60,814 nt of DNA from a virus (taxonomy: Duplodnaviria; Caudoviricetes). This document shows positions 10,466 through 20,900 of this stretch, piece by piece; positions within the stretch are counted from its first letter, which is position 1, and each line of letters opens with the position of its first letter. Both the position numbers and the translations under genes were made by a program. Where the stretch lies: the IMG/VR virus record IMGVR_UViG_3300033144_004933, positions 1-60,814 of that record, one strand, 5' to 3'. The notes under the pieces are model-generated. The model worked only from the letters and a program-made list of their open reading frames with translations, searched no databases and was not told the DNA's origin.

Positions 10466-11949
10466 ATCCTAACAGAATGAAAACTCACGCAGACGCAGCA
10501 GAAGCCATAGCTAGAGAAGAAAAGCGACTATTTGAAGTAATAGAAAATAGTGCTGACTATGATGCAACAGCTGCCAAAACCCGTATAAAAGAATTAGAAG
10601 CTCTTAAAGAGGCTCTTAAACAGGACCAAAGGGAAGTTAGAGAAAATAAGCTAAAGCAGAGGATTAAGGATGTTCACGAAGGAAAAAATGATTCTCCTGA
10701 AGAAGTACATGAACTAGCTAAAGATTTTAACGTTAATCCTTCTCAGATTAATGGAGCACTATCTCATATGGCACAAGGAGGAGATTTAGAAAAATATGAG
10801 TGGGGTGATGGATTTAAGAAATTTATGAATAATGTTGGGGAAGGTATTGGAAATTTTGTAGCAGGAACTCCCGGAGGACAAGCAATGCAACACACAGGGG
10901 CATTAGATGGGTTACAAAATTCAAACATGGCTTCTAATATATTTGGAAATGTTCCAGGAGCTTCCGGACTTTACTCTGGATTAACTGGGGGCAGTTTGGG
11001 GGGAGGAAATGCTCAGGGTCCTGGAGGAACATATTCTAATATGTATGCTACAGCAGCAGCTCCTGGTGGGGGAATGCAAGGTCCTGGAGAATATCAACCT
11101 CCTCCCGGATACAAACTAGTACATGATGCTTATTATGAAGCTGGAGGAGATATTCCAAGATATGAACAAGGAACACAAGAAGAAGGAGAAGATATTTCTT
11201 TAGCTAATAATCCTAATTTTCAACAGGTATCAAAAGATCTTCCTGAAGGAATTTCTATGTATGATTGGATGAATATACAAAAGATTCAAGAACAGGCTGG
11301 GTATAGTGCTTTATGGGGACCAAGAAATCCTATAAAAAATAAAATGTTTAAAGGAGCATGGCAAAGTTTAGAAGGAGATAATACTATATATAAGAACTGG
11401 AAACCAGAATGGAAAAATGAAACAAAATTCTATGAAAATCCTGAAACTGGTGAAAAATTATATGAAACTACAAAATATGATAAACATGGTAATCCTAAAA
11501 GAATAAAACAATCTGAATGGAAAATGCATGATCATACTTATGGTGATGGAGCAGATGATGGATATACTGAAACTCACAGAGTGTTGAATCCAGAATTACA
11601 GCGTAAGTGGAAGAAAAACATTTTTGGCAAAGAAAAGGTAAGAGAATATGAAGAAGGAGGAGATATTCCAGAATATGGATTTGGAAACTTTTTAGGAAAT
11701 ATGTTTGACCCTTTAGGATTTATAAGAAAGGGAGGAATTATTGACCCAGGAGATAAATATAATTTCTGGGGTAAACCTAAAGGATCAAATCCTTTTAGAA
11801 GACCTACTCCTCCTCCTAATTGGGGACAAAACTACGGAGGAGATCCTTATGGAATTGGAGCAAATTTTGGACAAATTACTCCTCCCGCACCTCCTGGATA
11901 CAATACTTTTGAACAAGGGGGAGATTTACCTCAATATGTAGACTGGGGA
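8345..11949 (+). repeat. Dispersed protein-level repeat [YFMS]xxGG[DEN][LI]Px[YFH]xxG, 8 copies in two adjacent genes
   Basis: YRYGGNLSKYAQG, FKLGGNIP, SAYGGELPQHGFG, SKFGGDLLPRFGYG, MAQGGDLEKYEWG, YEAGGDIPRYEQG, YEEGGDIPEYGFG, FEQGGDLPQYVDWG. Confidence 0.85.
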
Positions 11950-12903
11950 AATGTCTTGGAGGGAATAAAAGGATTTGGAAACAAAGCAGGAGATTGGATA
12001 GAAGATAACCCAGAGATAATAGAAGGAGCTTTAGAAGCAGCCAGTGCTATGCCTATTTTAAATGCTGGTAATCAACTAACTAATACTCCTAGAACTGACT
12101 ATAACGCTCGGCATAATCCTCTAATAAATAACATGATGGGGGATTTAAGTGCAGTTCCAACTATAATCGGAGAACAAGATACAGAAGTTCCCACTGGATA
12201 TATGCAGAAATTAATAGATGAGGGAATAGATGATGCAATTAAAGGAACAAGGGGTATAAAAGGACCTGAACTTGCTACTCGTCTGAGAGGTATAGATGCA
12301 AAAACAGGTGTAGAAGAGAAAGCTACAGAGATGGAGAAAAAATTAGAAAACGCTAAGCTTCAGAATTTAGTAAATTCAATAACAGGAGGAGTTGCGACTA
12401 AGAAAGGTATAGGGGATTCAATAGCAGCACAGGAACAAGCAGCAGACATGATTAATTTTCAAACAGATGCTGCTTGGCAAGATGCATATAACACTAATCA
12501 AACAAATACAAGTGAGTATTTAAGAGATGTTTTAGATAGTATGAGGGGAAAAAGGACATTAAAAGATTTGTTTGGGACAACAGGAGGGGAAGCGGGAGCA
12601 GATGTTGAAGCAGATTCTGGAATAAATGCAGGAGCGAAGGCGGGGGCCAATCTAAGAACAGATGGTACCGGAGTCACTCCTGGAATAGGGGACAGATTTA
12701 ATCCTCCAGATCCATATGATATGGGACCGTGGGGTAGTAAAGAAAGAAGAATAAAGAAAAGAGGAAGATATTTTAGGAAGTGGATACAAGAAATAGGCCT
12801 ATTTGATAAATTCATAGAAGAAGAAGATTGGAATAATTTATCTCCTGACAAACAAGACGGACTTATAGAATCAATACTTAGAGGTTCTGCAACTTCGTTG
12901 TAA
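10477..12903 (+). CDS. Capsid cargo / ejection protein, Gly-rich, with repeated GG motifs
   Basis: 808 aa; position in cargo block; four [YF]xxGG[DE][LI]Px[YF]-type motifs. Confidence 0.55.
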   Translation: MKTHADAAEAIAREEKRLFEVIENSADYDATAAKTRIKELEALKEALKQDQREVRENKLKQRIKDVHEGKNDSPEEVHELAKDFNVNPSQINGALSHMAQGGDLEKYEWGDGFKKFMNNVGEGIGNFVAGTPGGQAMQHTGALDGLQNSNMASNIFGNVPGASGLYSGLTGGSLGGGNAQGPGGTYSNMYATAAAPGGGMQGPGEYQPPPGYKLVHDAYYEAGGDIPRYEQGTQEEGEDISLANNPNFQQVSKDLPEGISMYDWMNIQKIQEQAGYSALWGPRNPIKNKMFKGAWQSLEGDNTIYKNWKPEWKNETKFYENPETGEKLYETTKYDKHGNPKRIKQSEWKMHDHTYGDGADDGYTETHRVLNPELQRKWKKNIFGKEKVREYEEGGDIPEYGFGNFLGNMFDPLGFIRKGGIIDPGDKYNFWGKPKGSNPFRRPTPPPNWGQNYGGDPYGIGANFGQITPPAPPGYNTFEQGGDLPQYVDWGNVLEGIKGFGNKAGDWIEDNPEIIEGALEAASAMPILNAGNQLTNTPRTDYNARHNPLINNMMGDLSAVPTIIGEQDTEVPTGYMQKLIDEGIDDAIKGTRGIKGPELATRLRGIDAKTGVEEKATEMEKKLENAKLQNLVNSITGGVATKKGIGDSIAAQEQAADMINFQTDAAWQDAYNTNQTNTSEYLRDVLDSMRGKRTLKDLFGTTGGEAGADVEADSGINAGAKAGANLRTDGTGVTPGIGDRFNPPDPYDMGPWGSKERRIKKRGRYFRKWIQEIGLFDKFIEEEDWNNLSPDKQDGLIESILRGSATSL

Positions 12904-12938
12904 TAGACGGATTAAATATAACACATAAAAATACTAAA

Positions 12939-15900
12939 ATGCCTCAATTTCCTGCTATTAATCCTTACACTAAGGCTCCTAAATACACTAGGAACCCCTA
13001 CCCTCTTGATGATTTATGGAGAGCTCAGGCTTATAAAGCTATGAAGGATATAAATACAGCTACAGAAGAGTATAATAAATTTGATGAGGAAGTACAAGCC
13101 CTAGCACAAAATATAGCAAATGAGAAAGTAAATCCTGCCCAAGCTGCTTCTAAATTAGCTGCCCTTCAAAGCAAGTATAAAAAAGCTGCTCATTCAGGGA
13201 CTCTTAAACACTTTGCAGAAAACTTACTAAGAGAACAAAACTATGATGCAGCATTAAAAGGTTGGGTATCTTCTGGAAGTAAAGGTCGAATTCCTGATGA
13301 ATTTAAAGATTTTTATAGAAATCAACGAACTACAGATGCATTACAATTTGATGCTGAAGGACAACCAACTACAGGAATGTATTCAAAAGATGCTTCATTT
13401 AGTAGCTACTATAAAGAACCCTGGATTCAAGCGTATTTATCTAAAGGAGCTACAGATGTAAAATCAAGTATAATTCAAAAATACGAAGAAGAATTTAAAG
13501 TTAAATTAGATGAAAATGAAAGAGCTCATTTCTTTACAGAAAAAAAAGGAGTTGGAAGACAGAGATTAGCTAAAAGATTACTATCAATGATTACTCCAGA
13601 TTTTATTGAATCTGCTCAATTTAAAACAGATGTTAAGAATAGAGTATATTCAAACAATCATAATAAAACAGGAGCAATAAAAGAAGATGAATTCTATACT
13701 GAAGATGCAAATGGTAATATAACTTTTGATACAGAAACTGAGATGGGAAGAATATTAGAAGGAGTATTAGAAGGATATACTTATGAACAAGCTACTACAC
13801 AAATAAGGAAATCTAGTGATCCAAAAGAAGGCACCACAGGGCAAACCCCAGGAAATAAGGGAGGAGGAGGAGGAAAAAAAGAGAAGGAAAAAGTAAACAA
13901 AACACTTAAGGGAGGCACAAATACTCTTAATACTGGTTACCTAAATACTACTTATTATGATAAGAGTAAACCTAACCCTGTAGCTACTTTAGAGGGACTA
14001 GAGTCTCAATTAACTAATGTAAATACTAATATATCTAATTATGAAAATGATACTATTCCACCAGATCAAGCTCTTATAAGTGCAGAAGATCATGCAAATA
14101 ATCTAATGCAGAGAAACATATTGGGATCTAGAATAGCTAATATAAAAGCTGAAATAGAAACTTTAAAAGAAGGATCTAATTATTATCCACAGTTAAGTCT
14201 TCTTGTAGAAGATGAAGACAAGTACTTATCCGGAGAAATACAGCATAGCGGTATAGTGTATGAAGAAGGATCTGGATTAGAAGAGGGGGAATATATACCC
14301 TATGAGAAAGTAGATTTAAACAAAGTAAATTTAGAAACTATAGAAAAACATAGAAACTTTGTAGAAGCTCTATCTTTAGAAGCCCCTAACTGGATAGATT
14401 CTGATGGAGCACTTAGAAAGACTCCAAGTGGAGTACCAATAATGTGGTCAACACTAAAAGGAGTAGATGGTAAAATGATAACTGGGGATGAAAAAAAGTA
14501 TCTTGAGAATATTATGAAATTCGCAAAAGAAAAAGATCATTTAGATAAAGCGGTTACTAAGCATGTAGCAGACGAAGTAACATCTCTTCAAGACAAAGGA
14601 AACAGAACTACAGATAAAAGAACAGGCCAGACATATCCCGAAGCACAGGATGCTCTTTTTAATGTTAGAGGATTACCTCTGTATGTAAACACAAAACAAG
14701 GTATTGGGTATACAGTAGATAAACAAATAACAGGCAGTCCTAAAGCATTTGCTTGGTGGGAAATAAAAACAGTGGACGGAAAAAAAGTACTAGCTAAAAA
14801 TCCAGCCTTTGAAAAATTAATATATCATCCAGATGCAACTATAAGTGAGGAAGATTTTAAGAATCTGACTCCAGCAGAACAGCAAACGAAAAAGGACGCA
14901 GCAGAGAAAAAAGGAGGATTATATGTTATGAATACTATAGGAATTACTGAACATCAACTTTCTAGGGACCATAATAATCCTTTAATTGCAGTAAAAGTTA
15001 AAAACAAAAGTACAGGGAAAGATCATATGTACTATGTAGAACCTAATAATGATCAGAATGAGATTTTTCAAGATATATATGATAGCTATGCATTACATGC
15101 AAAAGAGCATGGGGATAAACCTTCTGAGCAGCAAGCAACTAGGATAGCTAATATGCATTATTATGATAAATTTGAAGAGGCACTAGGAATAAATATGGGG
15201 AAAGGAGAAGTATTACCTATCCCCGATGCAGAAGAGCTTTATCCAGACCACGCTTCCCATTTAACTCCTCAAGAACAACAACAACTACAGCAGTCATTAC
15301 CATTTAACATAGGAAGTCGGAGTAACGTTCTTATAGGGGGAGCAAAAGAATATAATATACCTTTAGGAGGGGGAACAAAGCCCTATATGGATGGAACAAA
15401 GCGTAAACTTTTTGGAAACAATATTGACTTTAAAATTATACAATATCCAAATGGAATAGTAAGTATAAGAAGTCCTTTCCTTATTACAGAAACAGAGAAA
15501 ACAGGAGAAAAAGAAATGGGAGGAGGGGCAGATCAGGGACAAAGACTGGCTGCTTTAAATATGGCAAAAGACGAGTATGTAAAGGCTGCCAAAACGTATG
15601 CAAAAGTACATAGATTCGCTAACAAGCATACAATGAATAGTAACAAATTTGGAGCAACAGTTGCTGATGAGAAATTAAAAGATGACCTCATAAAGTATTC
15701 TCTTATAGAAGCGGGTATTAATCTTAATAATCCAGCTACGGCAACTGAGGAGAGAAAAAAAGAAGCCACAAAGAACTATAGAGATATGGCAAAGCATCTA
15801 AATAGGGTACTCTATACTAGAGATGAATCTTTTCCAGAAGATGCAAAAGAAGATGGGGTGCTATCAGATTTATATAACATAAATTTTACTTCTAAAGGAA

Positions 15901-15959
15901 AAGAAGTAACAAACTACCTTGCTACAGAATCTCCTCCTGGGACTCCTGCGGGAAAGTAG
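12939..15959 (+). CDS. Capsid cargo / ejection protein (short form, 1006 aa)
   Basis: Long ORF in cargo block ending GCG GGA AAG TAG. Confidence 0.6.
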   Translation: MPQFPAINPYTKAPKYTRNPYPLDDLWRAQAYKAMKDINTATEEYNKFDEEVQALAQNIANEKVNPAQAASKLAALQSKYKKAAHSGTLKHFAENLLREQNYDAALKGWVSSGSKGRIPDEFKDFYRNQRTTDALQFDAEGQPTTGMYSKDASFSSYYKEPWIQAYLSKGATDVKSSIIQKYEEEFKVKLDENERAHFFTEKKGVGRQRLAKRLLSMITPDFIESAQFKTDVKNRVYSNNHNKTGAIKEDEFYTEDANGNITFDTETEMGRILEGVLEGYTYEQATTQIRKSSDPKEGTTGQTPGNKGGGGGKKEKEKVNKTLKGGTNTLNTGYLNTTYYDKSKPNPVATLEGLESQLTNVNTNISNYENDTIPPDQALISAEDHANNLMQRNILGSRIANIKAEIETLKEGSNYYPQLSLLVEDEDKYLSGEIQHSGIVYEEGSGLEEGEYIPYEKVDLNKVNLETIEKHRNFVEALSLEAPNWIDSDGALRKTPSGVPIMWSTLKGVDGKMITGDEKKYLENIMKFAKEKDHLDKAVTKHVADEVTSLQDKGNRTTDKRTGQTYPEAQDALFNVRGLPLYVNTKQGIGYTVDKQITGSPKAFAWWEIKTVDGKKVLAKNPAFEKLIYHPDATISEEDFKNLTPAEQQTKKDAAEKKGGLYVMNTIGITEHQLSRDHNNPLIAVKVKNKSTGKDHMYYVEPNNDQNEIFQDIYDSYALHAKEHGDKPSEQQATRIANMHYYDKFEEALGINMGKGEVLPIPDAEELYPDHASHLTPQEQQQLQQSLPFNIGSRSNVLIGGAKEYNIPLGGGTKPYMDGTKRKLFGNNIDFKIIQYPNGIVSIRSPFLITETEKTGEKEMGGGADQGQRLAALNMAKDEYVKAAKTYAKVHRFANKHTMNSNKFGATVADEKLKDDLIKYSLIEAGINLNNPATATEERKKEATKNYRDMAKHLNRVLYTRDESFPEDAKEDGVLSDLYNINFTSKGKEVTNYLATESPPGTPAGK

Positions 15960-16007
15960 ACCCCTCTACTAAACAACAATCCCCAGTAGTAGAGGAACCC
16001 CCGGGGA
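15950..16007 (+). promoter_or_regulatory. -1 programmed ribosomal frameshift signal (G GGA AAG, 6-nt spacer, stem-loop/pseudoknot)
   Basis: Slippery heptamer 15950-15956 directly before TAG; stem CCTCTACTA 15963-15971 / TAGTAGAGG 15987-15995; loop TCCCC 15980-15984 complementary to GGGGA 16003-16007; -1 frame open from 15896 to 17944. Confidence 0.85.
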
Positions 16008-17944
16008 AACAAAATACTCTAGTAACCGAACCAATAGAAGATAATCCTATTAATGCTTATATTGAGGAGGCAAAAGAAAAAATAGTAGAAAAAGGAAAAA
16101 AGATACTTCCTGGTATCAAACTTTCTGATTATAAAGATCAAGCTAAAGATGAGGCAGGAATCAAAGGCATTCCCACAGAGCCTATAAAAGATGAAGATTT
16201 TAAGAATATAAAGGTATCTAAAGGAGCCCATGCTCCGTATGCTCATAATGCTATGAGAACCTTCTTAACAGACCTGGACAATGAAGGTATAAAAGCAACA
16301 ATTACAGGACTATTTAGAACAGAAGGATATAACAAATCTTTAAAAGGATCTTCTCCTAATAGCTACCATTTAGATGGTCTTGGAGTAGATATAGGGGGTA
16401 CTAAGAACAATAAAAGCATTAAGCAGATAAAAGAATATGTTGATGCTGGAAATACAGTAACTGTTGATGGTATAACATATAAACCGGAATATGGATATCA
16501 TGGAGACCATTTTCATTTAGAATTAGAGCCTCAAAAAGCTCCTGCAAGTCCTATAGGCCCTACAGGACCAGAAGGAAGTATTCCTACAGGAATAGAAGGT
16601 CCAAAATATACTCCACAAGCCAAAGAAGATGAGGGTGATCCATGGTACTCTGGCCTTACAAAGGCATCTACTGATTTTATAACAGAAAATATTCCTGAAG
16701 ATGTTGTCAATGTTCTAGAAAATCCGAATGCTACACTAAAGGATAATGCAGAACTAGCTCTACACTGGGTTCAAAAGCAAACTGGAACAGGTCTATATTC
16801 AGAAGAAGCAGTTAAAGCAGAGAAACTTAAAGTATACAAAGCAAAACAGAAGAAATATCAAGAAAAACAAAAGAAACTAAAAGACGAAGCAGCAGAAAGA
16901 GAAAGAAAAGCAATAATAGATGAACAGAATAGGCAGGAGAACTTGATATTTTTAAAAGATATTCAAGTGGGGGAAACTACCAAAACACATCCCTCTGGAC
17001 ACCAAGTAAAATCTGCAGTTGTAGATTTAGGAACAAGTGCGGAAAGACCTGGTGTAAAATTTGGTATTGGTCATAATTATAAAGTAGATGGATATAAACC
17101 CAATTATTATAAGAATCAACCAAATATAGACGTTCAAAACTCACGAGGAATTATAGGAGCTTTCCATCACAAGTTTGTTCCTTATGAGCAAACAGCAAAT
17201 AATAAATTTGAAGTTCCTGTTCAGCTTGCATGGAACCAGGAAACTGGAGTCTTTACAGCTAAAAAAACTGAAGATTTGCTTCCAAATGATTTAGTAGTAC
17301 CTTACCGTGGAGGAAGCAATCCAACAGGTAATATAACAAGACTTAAAGATTTAGATATTAAAAAATTAAAAGATGGCTCCTTTGATATAACCACTGGTGG
17401 TAAACATGGTATGGATACCACTAATGGAACATCAACAATTAAAAAGAAATCAGGAAAACATTTCCATATTGGAATAGATTGGGGAGAAAAAAGGGATAAA
17501 TATGGAAAAGTAGATTATACTACAGCAAAGGGTAAAGAAAGAGTTATAAACTCAAAAGATTTAAATCAGTATAGGTCACTAAGGGGAGGTATGGTTGTAA
17601 TTTTTGATAATGAAGCTGAAGTAAGTGTTATGGTTACAGGTAGTGTAAATAAAATGTTTCAGGTTGTTAATGAGCTTCAAAAGAAATATCCAAACAAGGA
17701 GTGGAATATAGCAAAAGGAGATACAGGTACATATGCAGTATCTGCATTTAATCCAGAAGGAAAAGGCACAACAACTGTAAAGGATTTTGCTTCTTATTCA
17801 AATCAGAACACTTATGGAGAAAGTCAATATTTAGTTCTATTAGAACAAGCTCAAGAGGAAGCTAAAGAAAAGAAAAATGAAATACCTTTTATAATTCCTC
17901 CTGAAAAATTAGAAGAATTAGTAAGTAAAAGTAATAAACATTAA
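15956..17944 (+). CDS. Frameshift extension (662 aa; track ORF 16253..17944) containing an M15-family Zn peptidase plus an unknown C-terminal domain
   Basis: ITGLFRTEGYNKSLKGSSPNSYHLDGLGVDIG...HGDHFHLE fits the M15 pattern (R, SxH, D, HxH); 99 stop-free codons precede the first ATG. Confidence 0.75.
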   Translation, partial: VDPSTKQQSPVVEEPPGKQNTLVTEPIEDNPINAYIEEAKEKIVEKGKKILPGIKLSDYKDQAKDEAGIKGIPTEPIKDEDFKNIKVSKGAHAPYAHNAMRTFLTDLDNEGIKATITGLFRTEGYNKSLKGSSPNSYHLDGLGVDIGGTKNNKSIKQIKEYVDAGNTVTVDGITYKPEYGYHGDHFHLELEPQKAPASPIGPTGPEGSIPTGIEGPKYTPQAKEDEGDPWYSGLTKASTDFITENIPEDVVNVLENPNATLKDNAELALHWVQKQTGTGLYSEEAVKAEKLKVYKAKQKKYQEKQKKLKDEAAERERKAIIDEQNRQENLIFLKDIQVGETTKTHPSGHQVKSAVVDLGTSAERPGVKFGIGHNYKVDGYKPNYYKNQPNIDVQNSRGIIGAFHHKFVPYEQTANNKFEVPVQLAWNQETGVFTAKKTEDLLPNDLVVPYRGGSNPTGNITRLKDLDIKKLKDGSFDITTGGKHGMDTTNGTSTIKKKSGKHFHIGIDWGEKRDKYGKVDYTTAKGKERVINSKDLNQYRSLRGGMVVIFDNEAEVSVMVTGSVNKMFQVVNELQKKYPNKEWNIAKGDTGTYAVSAFNPEGKGTTTVKDFASYSNQNTYGESQYLVLLEQAQEEAKEKKNEIPFIIPPEKLEELVSKSNKH

Positions 17945-17950
17945 AATACT

Positions 17951-20900
17951 ATGGCTATTGATCCTATAACTGGTTTAGAAGAAAATGAAGACGAGATTTC
18001 TTCAAGAATTGATCTAATGACAGGACTTTCTGAAGAAAATGGAGAAGAATATGGAGCAGAAATTCAACCCACTGCTTCTGTAGCTGCTTCTCCCCAGTTA
18101 ATACAATCAAGCTCTACCCCTACAGAACTAGTAAATCTTGCAGGTGAAGACTATATCCCAGAAGAATCAGATAATTTTGCACAACTTATAGAAAGAGAAA
18201 AAGCAAAAGATCAAGGAATATTTGAACTATTGTATAACACTGTTGTGGGAGGAACTCTTACTGGAATACTTGGAACTGCTATAGAAACAGGAGGATGGAT
18301 ATTAGATTTTGACAATCACTTAAAAGGACTTCAAGGCTATGATACATGGGAAAAGGCATGGTATACAGAAATGGCTCATAAAATAAAAGAATCTGTAGGA
18401 AAAGAAGGAGACGAATGGTATTCTGGATGGCTTACTAATCTTCCTATTTATAGAGAAGATAGAGGTGATATGTTTGACTGGGATGATCCAGGATGGTATG
18501 CAGAATCTGCTAAAGGAATACTTGATTCTGTTATAGGATTTGGAATTCCTGGATTAGGAGCCGCTAAAGCAGTAACATTATTTAATAAAGCTACTAGATT
18601 ATCCCAATTAATGAGAGCAGCTTCAAAGTCAGGTAAACTAGAAGGTGTTGTAACATCTCTTGGAGCAGGACTCTTAACTAATTACGGAGAAGGAAAAGTA
18701 ATGGGAATGGAAATCCATGATGATATTATGGAATATGGAAAAGAAGCGGGATGGTCAGAAGAAAAATCTAGAGAATTGGCTGGAGAATCTGCAGACCAAT
18801 TCTTATTTAGTAATAGAATTTTCATGCTTACGGATGCTTTGGGGATTCATGGAATTATGAAAGGAGCTGGATATACCAGAAATGCATATAAAGCAGGGGG
18901 ATTTAAAGCAGGAGCTAAGAATTTCCTTCAAAGTTTTAAAAAATTCGGTATAGAAAATCCTTTACTACAAGGAATTAAGGAAGCCGGAGAAGAAATGGGA
19001 CAGTTTGGATTTCAGGAGGCAGGAAGAGTAGGAGCTAAAGAAAAACTTGGAATGGATGTTTCTGATGAACCTGAAAGCTATCTTGAAAGAGCACTACTTC
19101 ATGCTTTTGATGAACAAGCTAGATATGAAGGAATGCTAGGATTTTTTAGTGGGGGTCCCCAAAGGATTTTTATGTCCCAAATGCAAAAAGCTGGTACTGC
19201 AGCTCTTCCAAAAAAATGGGGAGGAGCAGGTTATAAAACCCAAAAACAAAGGCAAAAACAAAGATATCAACAACAAGAAGCTTTAGTAAAAGAAGCACAA
19301 AAAGTTGTAGGAGACTTTGTAACACGTAAGGGGGAGATGGCGGAAACTTTAGCCTATTTTAAAAGTGTAGGAGATGATGCAATGGTAGAGGCTATAGAAA
19401 ACCATGAATTTGCACAAACTGCAACTGGATTTTTTCAAAATGGAGTAGCTGAGCATCTAGAAAAACAACTGCAAGATATTATAGATTCTACTAATCTAAC
19501 TGAAGAACAAGTAAAGTTATATGGAGAAGAAGGTAAACAAAAAGCAAAAAAGTTTCTTGGTGATTTAAAGACTCTTGAAAAAGAATGGATAAGTTTAAAA
19601 GGGTATGAAAATCAAGGTCGTTTATTTTGGAATCTTCAAAGACAGAAAGCACAAAAAAGATATGAACAAATTCATTCTGAGTCTAATAGTAAGTATAAAA
19701 CATCATTATTAGATCAAGCAAATAGAATTGCAAATTCATATAAATACAAAGATAAAGAGGGAGAAGAAAAAACTCTAGAATTTGATATAGATGATATTGA
19801 TAATACTAAGGGACAGCCTGGTAAAATATATAAGAAATTTGCAGATGAGGTTAAAAAATTACCTGATTATAAAAACTATATCTTCACTAAAGGCCTGATA
19901 AAAAGTGCAAGTGATAATATTCTAGCTCTTACTAGGCAATATAGTGCAATGGAGTCTGATAAAGGACAGGAGAAGCATATAGAAACCCTAAAGGAACAAC
20001 AAGAATTTTGGAGTAACCAGGCTAAACTTTACAGTGAAACTACTCAATCAGAAGAAACCCCCCAAGAAGGGGATTTAGTAGAAATAGATAGAACAATAGG
20101 AGTTTTTAAAGGAAAAAAGGAGAATAAAGATAGGGATACTGTTCTAGAAGTAGAAATTGGAGGTAAAACAAAGTACTTTGTTGATGATGAGGAAAATCCC
20201 ATGATCAAAAGAATAGATACTAAGCAGCAAAAGGAAAATGATGAGGATGCTGAGAAAGGAGAAGCCCCAATAAATGCCCAAAGACCTAGTAATAGTAGGA
20301 CTATGTCTGCAAAAGAACTTCAAGAGCAGGCTTTACAGGAAGAGATAGAAAATTTTATGGCTAAAGTAGAAACAGGGGCTATAGAAATAGATGAAAATGG
20401 GTCTCCTGTAAATCTAACTGCAGAAGAAGCTGAGTTTTATAGGAATAACAAGAAAGCTATTGATGCAAAAATTAATCCTCAAAAAACAGTTGATACCGGA
20501 GGGATAAAACCAGAATTTAAGGGTAAATTTATTTACTCAACACCAGGTTCTGGGAAAAGTACAATAGCTAAAAACATAGATGGAGTTGTAGATATGGATG
20601 ACATTCTACATCATCTTTTAGTACAGGTAGAAGGCTTTGAAAATGTTCCTAATGATAAGTCCTTAAATGAAAATTTATACAACCTATTCAAGATAGATGA
20701 CGGAAAAACTGCTCGTAAACTATACGAGCAAGCAGTACAGGCTGCTAGAGCCCTTACTTCACAGGGACATGTTGTTCTTACTGGCAGTAGTAGATTATTA
20801 GAGGATGTTGATGTAATTGTAGTATCCAGTGATAATGAGGGACTAAAAACTGCAACCAAAGGAAACTGGAAAACTACTAGAGAAAGAGAATCAAAAGTTG

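Noticed and set aside
15957-15959. TAG reassignment or read-through, as in some crAss-like phages
   Set aside because: The downstream coding sequence is in the -1 frame, not frame 0; very long ORFs are intact under code 11; no suppressor tRNA is in the window.
15940-16010. Assembly error or pseudogene as the explanation for the frame break
   Set aside because: The break coincides with a canonical slippery heptamer, a 6-nt spacer and a perfect stem. Not formally excluded without reads.
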